In this document: positions 39,185 through 51,984 of the stretch, piece after piece
How the letters are laid out: each line of letters opens with the position of its first letter
How positions within the stretch are numbered: the first letter of the stretch is position 1
Source of the DNA: Octopus vulgaris
Lineage: Eukaryota
DNA length: 64,000 nucleotides
Assembly (NCBI GenBank): GCA_951406725.2
Contig: OX597818.1
Coordinates: 138,446,001 to 138,510,000, forward strand
Direction of reading: 5' to 3'
The notes under the pieces: generated by a model
Told to the model about the DNA's origin: nothing
What the model saw: the letters and a program-made list of their open reading frames with translations, nothing else
The model's database searches: none
Translations under genes and position numbers: made by a program

Positions 39185-39570
39185 TATATCATATAATGTA
39201 CTTGTTCTGTGATGGTAAGACCAACAAGAAAAGTACTCCATCTGGTGAGAGATAAATATTATTTAAAGTACACAATACATGTCATATGTGCTACTAATAG
39301 TACCAGGTGAATGGAAGAGGGAGTAGGAAGAAAGAGAAGGGCGAAAGAAGAAATCCCAGTCTTCTTCTAAGGCCAACAAGGGTGTAAATCAAAGACAACA
39401 ACTAATTTTTATATCTGGAATCCCATCATAGATTAGGGACCTATGCAAGCAGGGCCATCTTAACAGCGTTGTTTGGGAATATCAATGTTCCAGATCACAT
39501 AGTATTTGTTTATAAGTATAGGTCAAAATTGTGTCCTTAGACTGTACAGGTGAGTCTCTCTCTTTTTTTT

Positions 39571-39834
39571 ACTCCGTCGGTTACAACGACGAGGGTTCCG
39601 GTTGATCCGATCAGCGGAACAGCCTGCTCGTGAAATTAACGTGTAAGTGGCTGAGCACTCCACAGACACGTGCACCCTTAACGTAGTTCTCGGGGATATT
39701 CAGCGTGACACAGAGTGACAAGGCCGGCCCTTTGAAATACAGGTACAACAGAAACAGGAAGTAAGAGTGAGAGAAAGTTGTGGTGAAAGAGTACAGCAGG
39801 GATCACCACCATCCCTGCCGGAGCCTCGTGGAGC
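39571..39834 (-). mobile_element. 5'-truncated SINE family B
   Basis: Matches the 3' two-thirds of 1143-1519; probable TSD ACAG(G/A)TGAGT at 39546-39555 and 39835-39844. Confidence 0.9.
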
Positions 39835-39927
39835 ACAGATGAGTATTTAAGTGTTTAAGAGACGGAGGGACAAAATATTGATTTAAAAATTTGGCACAAG
39901 CTATTAATATTGAGGTAGAACAGGTAA

Positions 39928-40165
39928 TACAGTTCTATATTTAAGAGATGAGGAATTATTTACATTATTTACATTTGACGGATATTTGTCCTCATCTTGT
40001 TTGTTGTTAACACAACGTCTCGGCTGATATACACTCCAGCTTTCATCAGGTTCGAAATTTCCCCAAGACACCTGAAGAAGGCTGGAGGGTATATCAGCCG
40101 AAACGTTGTGTTAACAACAAACAACATCAGGACAAATATCCATTAAATGTAAATTATGTAAATAG
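39928..40165. mobile_element. Fold-back Penelope-like insertion with 11-bp TSD, inside a SINE C (about 39885-40365)
   Basis: TSD AGAACAGGTAA at 39917-39927 and 40166-40176; inverted arms about 39958-40051 and 40070-40164. Confidence 0.82.
40067..40112 (+). ncRNA. Minimal type-I hammerhead ribozyme with canonical core
   Basis: GACAC CUGAAGA A GGCUG GAGGGUAUAU CAGCC GAAA CG UU GUGUU; the mirror arm has CUGAUGA but GAGA in place of GAAA. Confidence 0.8.
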
Positions 40166-40419
40166 AGAACAGGTAAGCCGATTACATCGACTCCCAGTGC
40201 TCAACTGGTACTTATTTAATCAACTCCAAATGGATGAAAGGCAAAGTCGACCTTGGTGGAATTTGAACTCAGAATAATAAAGACAGAGGGGATGCCAAGA
40301 CGGAGGGAATGCCGCTAAGCATTTTGCTTGGTACAGTAATGGTTCTTTCTGCCAGCTCACCGCTTTCAATGCATGAATAATTCAAACCAATATGAATGAA
40401 TAAGCAATACATTTGACAG

Positions 40420-40727
40420 GTAGAGGCACATGACCTAGTGCTTAGAGCAGCGGATTCGCAGTCGAGGGATCGCAGGTTCGAATCTCAGACCGGGCGATGT
40501 GTGTGTTTATGAGCGAAACACCTAAGCTCCATGCGGCTCCGGAAGAAGGTAATGGCGAACTTCTGCTGACTCTTTCGCCACGACTTTCTCTCAATCTTTC
40601 TTCCTGCATCTTGCAGCTCACCTGCAACGGACCAGCGTCCCGTCCAGGTGGGGAACCTATACGCCAAAGAAACTGGGAAACTGCTCCTAATGAGCCAGGC
40701 ATGGCTTGAGAAGGAACAAACAAAAAA
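40420..40727 (+). mobile_element. tRNA-derived SINE family E with 11-bp TSD, inserted in a MITE-F remnant
   Basis: B box GGTTCGAATCTC; head and body similar to family B, different tail; TSD ACATTTGACAG at 40409-40419 and 40728-40738. Confidence 0.88.
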
Positions 40728-41153
40728 ACATTTGACAGAATAATCTGAATACTGAAGGGTTGAATTCTTTTAGTAGTGCAACCCACCTGATGGTGAGCCA
40801 TGGCCCATTACTCAAAACAAGTTGCTCGCATCTGCCCTAAACAAGCACATCACACATCCTAAGCATACAATCACGCACACATACACATAACCTCAACACA
40901 TGCAAACACACACATTGGTAGTATTTGCATCATTTTTTTTTTTTTTGCAGTCATTGAACTGTGGCCATGCTACAACACCAGCTTGAAGGATTTAGTCAAA
41001 TAAATCGATCCTGATACTTCTTTTTGAAGTCTGGTACTTATTCTGTTAGTCCGTTTTGCTGAACTGCTAAGTCATGGGGATATAAACAAACCAACAGTGG
41101 TTGTCAAATGGTCGTAGTGGACAAGCACAAACACAAAGATACACACATAGGTA

Positions 41154-41393
41154 TTCTTTTGTCCTTTTACTTGTTTCAGTCATTTGACTGCGGCCATGCT
41201 GGAGCACCACCTTAAAGGGTTCACCTTAAAGGGTTTTAGCCGAAGAAATCAACCCCAGGACTTATTCTTTGTAAGCCTAGTACTTATTCTATTCGTCACT
41301 TTTGATGAACCACTAAGTTATAGGAACATAAACACACCAACTTCAGTTGTCAAGCAATGGCAGGAAGACAAACACAGACACACACACATAAAC

Positions 41394-41430
<37 letters not shown>

Positions 41431-41870
41431 CATACATACATACATACTTACATACATACATACATATATATGTATATATAACAGGAAGGTTTACGAAAAT
41501 AAACAAAAGACAAAGGCAGGTGGAGTACAAAGAAACAAATGTATTAGTATGGCGCTCAGGAACAGAAATAGAAAAAGTCTTTTACATTTTGAGCCTACGC
41601 TCTTCGACAGGAAGATACACAGAAAAAAAAACAAGGAGAGAAAAAAAATGCGTGTAGGAGCTAACAATACACATATAAACATATACATATATATATATGT
41701 ATATACAATAGGCTTCTTTCAGTTTCCATCTACCAAATCCATTCATAAACCTTTAGTCAACCCGAGACAATAGTAGCAAACACTCGTCCAAGTTTCGACC
41801 ATGCAGTAGGACTGAACCCAAAACCAGATGATTGAAAAGCAAACTTCTTACCACACAGCCATGCCTACAC
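41154..41870 (-). mobile_element. SINE family A with a Penelope-like fragment (about 41480-41670) inside its internal microsatellite
   Basis: Both halves of A flank an insert bearing a decayed hammerhead (minus strand CUGUCGA A GAGC GUAG GCUC AAAA UG UA, 41577-41613). Confidence 0.75.
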
Positions 41871-42121
41871 TTATACTCAAACCCCTAAACATACACATCA
41901 TATATACCCAATATACGCACACACATACACACACACATATTCATATCAAATGTGACTGTACCCTTGATCAGGATGGAGGTTCTACCCTTGCTCCACCTAT
42001 TCCTTAAACTATTTTCACAACAGAATTAGTGAATGGGAAGAAATGGAGGACATTTTCTCTCTAGAATCCTAGGATGTCAAACTGTATTATTTATAAATGT
42101 GGTGTATGAAAGTAAGTCAGG

Positions 42122-42160
<39 letters not shown>

Positions 42161-42414
42161 ATATGTGTGTGTGTGTGCATATGTGTCTTTATATGTGCAT
42201 GTGTGTCTTTATATGTGCATGTGTGTTTGTGTGTATGTCTGTATGTGTCTCAGTGTGTTGTGTTGTTGGCGTATATGTGTACAGGTGTGTGGGTGTATGT
42301 GTATAAGTACAGCTTGTCTGTGTGTGTGCATGTGTGGTGTGTGTGTGTGTGTGTGTGTCTAAGTGTGGTGTGTGTATGTGCCTGAGTATGTATGTATATG
42401 GTGGGTGGGTGTGG

Positions 42415-42452
<38 letters not shown>

Positions 42453-42954
42453 GTGTGAACTCTGGAAAAGGTCACTGAAACTTTGGGGGGAATTTTTCAT
42501 TGTGTAAATAATGTAATTAATTATTTGATTAATGAATTCATTTTATTTCATTATGTTTCTTTTCATTCTCATGGTACGGGTGCTTCTGTGTGTGTGCATG
42601 TATATATCCACATTTCAGTGTGTATACATCTGTGTGTGTGTGTGTGTATGTGTGTGCATGTACGAGTGTGAATACGAATGTTTTTGCATGGATATTGGTA
42701 TATGTAAGTGCCATGGTGTGTGTTTTATATATAGCGTTTGTGTATTTACGTTTGTTTCTTTGAGTGTGTATGTATGTGTGTACATGTGTGTGTATGTGTG
42801 TGTATTGTTTACATGTGTCTCTGCTATGCATGTATTTGTGTGCATATGACTGTGTATCCATGTGCATGTGTGTGTGTCTGTGTGTATGTGTGTGTGTGCG
42901 CATGTGTGCATGCATAAATACACAAACGATGTTTCTATCAATCAACCTCTCTCT

Positions 42955-43003
<49 letters not shown>

Positions 43004-43174
43004 AATTACAAATACATTTATTTGCAATCTATTTATAATATATATTTGTAATTATAAATATATCAATCTTCATAGCTGGGAACGTGTGTATCCTGTATTT
43101 TTGCTTAAGTACACTACATCCCTTTTTTTGTAAGAAGGGACTAAAAGGATCTACACCTGGAAGAATACACCTAT

Positions 43175-43376
43175 CAAGTGGTGCTAAAAAGTTCCTGGCT
43201 TTAAGGCGTGGTTGGAGACCCAACCATTCAAGTTCATTTACAGGGCTTAGAAAAACTGAAGGACCGCTGCAATAAGTGTGTGAATCTGAGAGGAGAATAT
43301 GTTGAATAAAATCAAAATTAACACATCCTCTTGTATTTTCTTTTACCCAATGCCAAGAACTTTTCAACACCTCTTT
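43175..43376 (+). mobile_element. Mariner-derived MITE retaining the transposase C-terminus
   Basis: TIRs GGTGCTAAAAAGTTCCTGGC and GCCAAGAACTTTTCAACACC; 43238-43309 translates LQGLEKLKDRCNKCVNLRGEYVE*, fitting the mariner G..KL..RW.KC....G.Y end. Confidence 0.8.
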
Positions 43377-43759
43377 CTAGTTTGTTCTGGCTGAAGGAGC
43401 TGATCTCTATGGCTTTTAACAGGTCATCTGAGACCAATGAGATGAACTGATGGTTGTTAGGAAACCTTGATAATGTCCCAGCTTTACTTAATTATCACTA
43501 AGGGTCTTTTCCTGAAGGACATACATCTTCACCATGGCCAAAACTGCCTCACAAAGTCAAACATTCCTCTTAAGAGCTAGGAAACAACCCCGCTCCAAAC
43601 AACTTCTTCAAAAACTCAGGTGAGGCCCAACCACAGAGCAGTAATCCTACACTTGGGACAGTGCTGCTGCTGCCACTATAGACTCAGGGCATCTTTAGGT
43701 CACAACCAAAGAAAGTTCATTTGACTGACTGTAATAAAGTCACCCACCAAAACTCTTAA

Positions 43760-44204
43760 CCTTTTAGAATTTAAACCAGCCATATCTGGCAAAAATATTC
43801 TACCTGCTTTGTGTTCAAACTGGACAGATCTGGTCCCTCACACCTACTCTACTATGTCATTCTAAAAACAAAATACCATGTCATCAGAATCATGAAGCTA
43901 CAAGATAATTCATGATTAATTCAAAACAATGTGAATAGATAAGCAGAACATTTAACCCTTTCATTACCAACCCGGCTGAAACCGTCTCTGGTTCTGAGTA
44001 CAAATGTCTTGTTTTCATAAGTTTTGAATTAAAATCTTCCACCAAAACCTTAGTCACAATTTATGTTCCTAACACTAGCTTAATGATAACCAAGTTATTT
44101 TACTAAATTCTTTGTTATATTTAAAGTAATTGAAAGAAACACAGAGCATCTCAAAATAAATACAGTAACAAAAGGGTTAACAGAATAATCTGAATGCTAA
44201 AGGG
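43760..44204. mobile_element. piggyBac-like MITE family F (outer element)
   Basis: TTAA at 43756-43759 and 44205-44208; reverse orientation relative to 51011-51229. Confidence 0.85.
43956..44176. mobile_element. piggyBac-like MITE family G nested in F
   Basis: TTAA|CCCTTTCATTAC...GTAACAAAAGGG|TTAA. Confidence 0.88.
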
Positions 44205-44243
44205 TTAAACTTCTGGCCTACAGATATGTTGTCTGCTATACCT

Positions 44244-44474
44244 ATTTCTTTACTACCCACAAGGGGCTAAACACAGAGGGGACAAACAAGGACAGACAAA
44301 TGGATTAAGTCGATTACATTGACCCCAGTGCATAACTGGTACTTAATTTATCTACCCTGAAAGGATGAAAGGCAAAGTCGACCTCGGCGGAATTTGAAGT
44401 CAGAACGTAACGGCAGACGAAATACCGCTAAGCTTTTCGCCCGGCGTGCTAACGTTTCTGCCAGCTCACCGCCT
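44244..44474 (-). mobile_element. Full monomeric SINE family C with 19-bp TSD
   Basis: TATGTTGTCTGCTATACCT (44225-44243) versus TATGTTGTCTCCTATATCT (44475-44493). Confidence 0.92.
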
Positions 44475-44789
44475 TATGTTGTCTCCTATATCTGCTTTTT
44501 TGCCTTATCACAGCTACAATTAGTTACCTCTCTGTCAGGTTCATACACTTCATTACTCATGTAGAAAGCTACAAAATTCTTAATTTCTCTTGATTTTCTG
44601 TAATTCAGATCACCTCAAGGCCTCTATAGACAAAAATGGAAAAGGCATTGCCTCAGATTAAGGCAAGGGAGATTTGCTGGAACAGCCGCTCTGAATCACA
44701 GAGCTCACACTTGTGGATAACCATCTCGGTTCTGATAGCAGTGAGCAGGAATATGGCGCTATTAGTTGCCCCTGCATTTCGGAGTTTGC

Positions 44790-45015
44790 TGACTTCAAAC
44801 CACTTCTACTCAGGCACTCCTAATTCATATGTTGCTCCTCATCCATGCTGTATTCTGTTGCCCAGCCCCTACATTAATTAACCCCTACATCCAGTCCTTC
44901 TTCCCCCATAACACCATTCTCTCCAAAAAATCCCTTCAGTGCACATGTTTTCCCTGGCAACAATCAAACGACAAATGTTCAAAAGGAACATTAACCATGC
45001 TAATCGCATTGGTCT
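44790..45015 (+). mobile_element. Degenerate CR1/L2-group LINE 3' end
   Basis: Frameshifted YIQSFFP...HVFP...MFKRNINH resembles the SFFPRT..WN.LP..VFP...FK C-terminus. Confidence 0.5.
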
Positions 45016-45428
45016 CTGATAGCCTGTAAAGGCCATAGAGATTAGCCCTTCCTCTGGACCAAATTCTGTATGTGTGTGTGTGTGTGTGTGTGCACATGCG
45101 TGTGTGTGCAAGAGAAAGAGAGAGCAAAAAGGTCCTATTGATGCAATGCATGTGTGTGCAATGTATATATGTATGTGCATGTATATCTGTGAATGTGTGA
45201 GAGAGTTAGATTTTGCTTATGTAAATGCGTGTGTGTTATGTATATTTGTATGTACATGTATATGTGTGAATGCTTGCATGTATGTGTCCATATGTGTTTG
45301 TGCCTTTAAATAATGTATATATATATAATGTGTGTGTGTGTATGTGAATATATATATGCCCTGTACAGAAGGAGTGTATCTGTATTTATGTAACACACAC
45401 ACACATACATGCATACATACATACATAT

Positions 45429-45461
<33 letters not shown>

Positions 45462-45572
45462 CACACACACATGCATATGTGATATGTGTATATGTGTGTG
45501 AATACATATACAAATGTATAAAAATATATGAGTGAATACATACATACATACATACATACATACGTACGCACA

Positions 45573-45641
<69 letters not shown>

Positions 45642-46286
45642 GAAAGTGTATGTGAATGAGTCTGTGCGTATATGGTGTGATGTGTAGGATTTTTGGCAAA
45701 TGATTTCAGCCAAAGATGGCAAGGAGTAGGGATGTGAAGAAGGACTATTTTTATTGCCAAAATCTGTCAGCATTTTCATTTAATTCAACAGTTGCTAATT
45801 ATTCAAAACCACAGGGCTTCTCCCCACCACCACCACATTTGCACCCATCTCCTCCTCCCCACCACCACCACCACCACCACTACCACCACACACACACCTA
45901 CCGTTCATTATCAATTAAATTTGATTCCAATTACTGCTAATCTAAATCCAATCACATTCCACAACTGCCAACCCTGCCTGGTTTGGTCTGCCACCAGCTG
46001 AGAATATTTTTCAACTTGAATGAATAAACCATTCCCTCTGTTTGGCAATGCCAGGCTGCTGACGGTGGAGCAGAGGATGGAGTGGAGGTGGAGTGCAAGT
46101 GGAGTAGAGGAGAGGAAATGAAAGTGGACGGTTGAGCTGACTAAATGGTGTGAGAGATCTTTGAGAGAGGTGAACTAGAAATCATCATTTATGTTTTGAA
46201 ATTTCATTTAAAATATTCATCTTTTTTTTTTTTTTTAAATTTGATGAGAAAATTACAAACAAAATTATTAAATAAGTTTTATAAAA

Positions 46287-46710
46287 GTGCAGGCATGGCT
46301 ATGTGGTTAAAAATTTCAGGAGTGGCTGTGTGATAAGTAGCTTGTTTACCAACCACATGGTTCCGATTTCAGTCCCACTGCGTGACACCTTGGGCAAGTG
46401 TCTTCTACTATAGCCTCGGGCCGACCAAAACCTTGTGAGTGGATTTGATAGACGGAAACTGATAGAAGCCTGTCGTATATATGTATGTGTGTGTATGTTT
46501 GTGTGTCTGTGTTTGTCCCCCTAACATTGCTTGAAAACCGATGCTGGTGTGTTTACGTCCCTGTCATTTAGCGGTTCGGTAAAAGGGACCGATAGAATAA
46601 ATACTGGGCTTACAAAGAATAAGATCTGGGGTCGATTTGCTCGACTAAAGGCGGTGCTCCAGCATGGCCACAGTCAAATGACTGAAACAAGTAAAAGAGT
46701 AAAAGAGTAA
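46287..46710 (+). mobile_element. SINE family A with a duplicated 5' head fragment
   Basis: GCAGGCATGGCTATGTGG then CAGGAGTGGCTGTGTG and a full body. Confidence 0.9.
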
Positions 46711-46803
46711 ATATATGTACATTTTTTGTATTGAATATATTTAATATTTTTTGTATATCGACTTGCCTAACTTGCTTATCCTTACATTTACTCTTATATA
46801 TAG

Positions 46804-46813
<10 letters not shown>

Positions 46814-46834
<21 letters not shown>

Positions 46835-47574
46835 TGTGTACAGTGCTCAGGTGCACTACAACTCATCTAAAGTGTATATATAATCAGGTGAAGTTTCGGC
46901 GGATTTCGGAAAGCATGAGGGCCTTAAAAGATGCAGTGTCATGGCAGTCAACAACTGACGCAGGCAGTTTATTCCATGCTTCAGCAACTCTGAGCGTGAA
47001 AAAATGTTTCCGAAAGTCATGGGAGCTGTATTGTTTTCTGACTTTGTAGGCATGTCCACGTGTTAGACACATGGAGATCAAAAAGGTGTTCAGTGTTGTT
47101 GTTGGTGAGGTGGTTGATAACTTTGTGGGTGTTTACCAAGTCCGTCGCCAAACGCCGGAGCTTCAGTGAATCCATGCCCAGGGAAACAAGGCGCTCAGAA
47201 TATGGTAGGTGTCTGATGGAGGGTATGCGTTTGGTTGCACGTCTCTGGACAGATTCCAGGAGGTCAATGTTCTGTGCAAGATAGGGGTTCCAAACTGATG
47301 ATGCGAATTCCAAGTGTGGTCGTACCATAGCTGTATACAGTTTTAAATAGATGGCTGGAGAGCGGCTAACAAAAGACCTGCTGAGTGATGCCAAGACACC
47401 CTCGGCCTTCCTGACAATCTTAGAGATATGCTTTGACCAACGCAAATCACTGCTGACAGTGATGCCTAGGTCACGCTCGCAAGAGGATTTCTTGATATCA
47501 GTGTTGTGGAGGGAGTATGTGAACGCAGGGTTTTTTCTCCCAAAATGCATGGTGGTACACTTGTCCACAGCCAG
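46814..47574 (-). mobile_element. CR1-clade LINE 3' fragment (RT C-terminus), frameshifted
   Basis: KCTTMHFG...ERDLGITV...LYTAMVRPHLEFASSVWNP...LESVQRRATK...RGH...FFTLRVAEAWNKLP; (TTA)n tail; 2-bp loss near 47060 relative to the copy at 61.2 kb. Confidence 0.93.
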
Positions 47575-47975
47575 TGTGTGTATGTGTGATATAACTGAAA
47601 AGTTCATAATTCCAGTACTCCGAGTTATACATTTCTAATCATTCAGCTGGTAATCTGAGCCTGTTTTCTGTTAAAATATTCGCTGTTTAAATACATTTTA
47701 AAATAGTATATGAAAATTATGAAGAAAATAGTGTTTATGTTCTTTATTAAAAAAACAAACTTTGCAAGTGACATGTGCTAAAATGGTTGTTTTACTGCCT
47801 CTCGTGAGAATATTCCATATATCTTAAACTTCATACAAGCAAGGTCACTCTAATAATTTTCCTCATGAAATTTCTGTATTTAAGCAATATTTATAAAACA
47901 ATATATGGATTTCTAGACACATATATATGTATGCATGCATGTATATATGTTTGTGTATGTATGTATGTGTGTGTG

Positions 47976-48066
<91 letters not shown>

Positions 48067-48067
<1 letters not shown>

Positions 48068-48590
48068 CATAAGAGTGGCTATGTAGTAAGTAGCTTGCTT
48101 ACCAGCAACATGGTTCTGGGTTCAGTCCCACTGCATGGCACCTTGGGCAAGTGTCTTCTACTATAGCCTCAGGCTGACCAAAGCCTTGTGAGTGGATTTG
48201 GTAGGCAGAAACTGAAAGAAGCCTGTCGTATATATATGTGTGTGTGTGTGTGTGTTTTTATAACACACACACCCATCTCTTCAGCTGCTCTCTTTTGTCC
48301 TTGATAACTTTCCCTGTTCTGGATTTGAGTGGAGCTATCTTGCTCTGGGTTGGGTTGATGACTTTCTTGAACCCTCATATACTCCATGACTATTGCCTGT
48401 GTCAAATGACAGTCGGATATCTGCACATAGTTGTAACTAGTAGTCATTTGAACCCCGTAACTTAGTAGTTCAGCAAAAGAGACCTCCAGAATAAGTACTA
48501 GGTTTACAAAGAATAAGCCCTGGGTTTGACTAAAGGCAGTGCTCCAGCATGGCCACAGCCAAATGACTGTGACAAGGAAAAGAATAAAAG
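48067..48590 (+). mobile_element. SINE family A with an unrelated insert at about 48260-48450
   Basis: Both halves of A are recognisable. Confidence 0.8.
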
Positions 48591-48666
48591 AATATGTATG
48601 AATGAGTATATATATGTTTGTGTGTATGCAGAGTGCGTGTATACATGAGTATATGTGTGTGTCTGT

Positions 48667-48895
48667 CATCATCATCATCATCATCGTTTAGCGTCCGCTT
48701 TCCATGCTAGCATGGGTTGGACTGTTCAACTGGGGTCTGGGAAGCCAGAAGGCTGCATCAGGCCCAGTCTGATCAGGCAGTGTTTCTACGGCTGGATGCC
48801 CTTCCTAATGCCAACCACTCCATGAGTGTAGTGGGTGCTCTTTACGTGCCACCGGCACAGGTGCTAGACGAGGCTGGCAAACGGCCACGATCGGA
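48667..48895 (-). mobile_element. Retroelement family I, 3' part
   Basis: (CAT)n GTTTAGCGTCCGCTTTCCATGCTAGCATGGG...GGATGCCCTTCCTAATGCCAACC. Confidence 0.8.
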
Positions 48896-49535
48896 TAGTA
48901 TGTATGTATAAAAAGAGAGAGAGAAAGAAATACATATTCAAATATATATAAATGTGTGTATTTTTCTGTTTGTCTTTCACAACTTGACATCTAGTGTTGG
49001 TTCATTTATATCCCATAACTTAGCTGCTCAGCAAAATGAGAATGAAAGAATAAGTACAGGAGTTAATTTGACTGATTTACCACCACCACTCCACCACCCC
49101 ACCCCAGCAAGGTGGTGCCTCAACATGACTAAAGCCCAATGAGCGAAACAGGTCAAAGCATAAAAGAATAAATAAATATGATTTGGACAAAGATATATGT
49201 GAGTTCATGATGGCTCAGGTGGTTAAGTCTATAATTCCTTTGGATTGGAAGTTTGCTAGTTCAAATTGCTATCGGTCAATGTTAATGACTTGATAATTTT
49301 TTTCTTTTTTTTTTTTGTTGATCTTGTTTGTTAGTTCTTGCTCAAAGTTGATTGAGTAGATTTTTGACCAAAGGCACTCCAGCCATGAATAACCAGCCCT
49401 TTTTCCATACAGACATGGGACAATTAGGACATGATTATTTGTGGGGTACTTGTTTCTAAGATGAGTAGCGGGGAGACTATTTGGTTATTATTTCTGGCAG
49501 TTGAACTGTTTAGATCCATTTTTCTTTATATATTG

Positions 49536-49822
49536 CCAGTGCCGCTGGACTGGCTCCTGTGCAGGTGGCACATAAAAAGCACCATTTGAGCGTGGTCATT
49601 GCCAGAACCACCTATCTGGCCCTCGTGCTGGTGGCATGCAAAAGCACCCACTACACTCTCGGAGTAGTTGGCATTAGGAAGGGCATCCAGCTGTAGAAAC
49701 TCTGCCAGATCAGATTGGAGTCTGGTGCAGCCATCTGGTTCGCCAGACCTCAGTCAAATTGTCCAACCCATGCTAGCATGGAAAGCAGACGTTAAACAAT
49801 GATGATGATGATAATGATGATG
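49536..49822 (+). mobile_element. Retroelement family I, 3' part
   Basis: Reverse complement of the 38010 and 48667 copies; (GAT)n tail. Confidence 0.8.
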
Positions 49823-49836
49823 ATATACAAATGTGT

Positions 49837-49872
<36 letters not shown>

Positions 49873-49969
49873 ACATATTTATAATTAGCCACATACACTA
49901 TATACATATATTTATACACGCGCACACATATAAATATACATATATATAGTGCGAGGGAGAGATGTATAT

Positions 49970-50000
<31 letters not shown>

Positions 50001-51010
50001 AACATACACACACATGCATTGTATGTGTGCATGTGTGTGTGTAGGTATATGCATGTATATTTATGTGTGTGTACACATGTCTCTGTATGTGTGTGTATAT
50101 TTGTATGTATGTACACTCACACACACACAACTCACATCCACGCACACATACATGTATAGAGGTTGTGAAGGCGGTAATGGCAATCTTTAAATTCTTTTGT
50201 TTCATAAAATACCCCTTTGACCTTCTTCAGAAAAACAACCCTGACATGATTGATACTTTACGACTGAAGAATTTCTTCTGATAATCTAAGGATGCAAATC
50301 TGTCAAAGACATAGAAAGAATTAAAAAGCTATAAATTCTTGTTCTCGTTAGTTTAAGTAACATTCCCCTCTGCCAATTCTAGAGCATGTCTTTAAGAAAA
50401 ATGCCATTCACGCCAAAACTGCGTCTACTTGGCAACACCAGTGAATGCTTCAAACAATCATTTCTATGGAATGTGTACAACAATGGTAACTAACCATCAG
50501 GTGGAATCAGGATTGTAACAGACTGAGAACATTAACTATGAACCTTCATTCATTCTTGCAGACACATCACAGCATACTAAAGGCCATAATTTTCACTTGT
50601 GTTCTTCAATGAAAGGTTAATTTTAGTCTTCTATTTATGGCCTAATTCTCCTTTATTTCCTAGCTTCCTGTCTTTCATTTTTGCTTTGTTTTTATTTATC
50701 TATTCATTTATTTATTATTGTTTTACTATTATCAGTGCCATGGAATTATATGGTTAGGGTCTCAGTAATCAAAACCTCCAAAAACCAGACTCATTTGGAC
50801 AATGTTGGAATCGTTTCATTTTACTAAATCCAATAATGGCCTTGGTTAAGCCAACCACTGCCAACAGATTTGTTTCTCTCTCCTGTGATGTTTTTGTTTT
50901 CGCTTTAGTTCTTAACCTCGAAAAAACCAAAATGATATTCCTTCTCTTGGAAAGCTAAACTAAAGAAAAATTACAATAGAAGTAAAGTCCAAATACTTGA
51001 TGTTGCTTAA

Positions 51011-51229
51011 CCCTTTAGCGTTCAGATTATTCAATCAAACATAATGCCTATTGATTCCCGTTGATTTGAATTAATCACGCATTATCTCACATCTTCAAGA
51101 TCTTGATGGTGTAATTACTTAATATAAAATAACATTGTAGGGTAGGTGTGAGAGCCTGGATCTGGTCAGTTTGAACATAAAACAGATTAAATATTTTGGC
51201 CGGATATGGCCAGTTTAAATACTAAAGGG
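51011..51229. mobile_element. Intact piggyBac-like MITE family F
   Basis: TTAA|CCCTTTAGCGTT...AATACTAAAGGG|TTAA. Confidence 0.9.
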
Positions 51230-51513
51230 TTAAACACTATTTATTGATTTTGAGAGAAAGCCACTTCCTTCAGTATTCTTTGCCCTTGGTTCTGGGACCT
51301 GTCAAGGGAGTTACTTGGTGACCTCACTAGTGCCTGTGACACATAAGAAGCACCCGATACATTGTGCAAGGTGGTTGGCATTTGGAAGGGGACTCAGCTG
51401 GAGAAGCCATGCCAAGGAAGACACTGGAGCTTGTCATGGTTCCAGTGGTTCACCAGCTGCTGTTTAAACAATGCCAGCATGTAAAATACATGCTAAATGA
51501 TGACGACGACGAC

Positions 51514-51551
<38 letters not shown>

Positions 51552-51597
51552 CAATGATGACAACATAAATGGTGGTGGCAGCAGCAGCAGTGGCTGT

Positions 51598-51718
51598 GAA
51601 GAAGAAGAAGAAGAAGAAGAAGAAGAAGAAGAAGAAGAAGAAGAAGAAGAAGAAGAAGAAGAAGAAGAAGAAGAAGAAGAAGAAGAAGAAGAAGAAGAAG
51701 AAGAAGAAGAAGAAGAAG

Positions 51719-51749
<31 letters not shown>

Positions 51750-51856
51750 GAAAGAAGAAGAAGAAGAAGAAGAAGAAGTGAAAGAAGAAGAAGAAGAAGA
51801 AGAAGAAGAAGAAGAAGAAGAAGAAGAAGAAGAAGAAGAAGAAGAAGAAGAAGAAG

Positions 51857-51887
<31 letters not shown>

Positions 51888-51984
51888 GAAAGAAGAAGAA
51901 GAAGTGAAAGAAGAAGAAGAAGAAGAAGAAGAAGAAGAAGAAGAAGAAGAAGAAGAAGAAGAAGAAGAAGAAGAAGAAGAAGAA
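51598..51984. repeat. (GAA)n tract of about 129 triplets with four GTGAAA interruptions
   Basis: First pure run 51598-51747 is 50 triplets. Confidence 0.97.

Noticed and set aside
39541-39549. 9-nt microexon TAG|ACTGTACAG|GTGAGT
   Set aside because: Poor polypyrimidine tract, and the donor-like sequence is one copy of a probable SINE TSD whose other copy lacks the GT; not supportable without RNA data
47017-47607. Functional reverse transcriptase gene
   Set aside because: 5'-truncated, lacks the catalytic YADD region and is frameshifted
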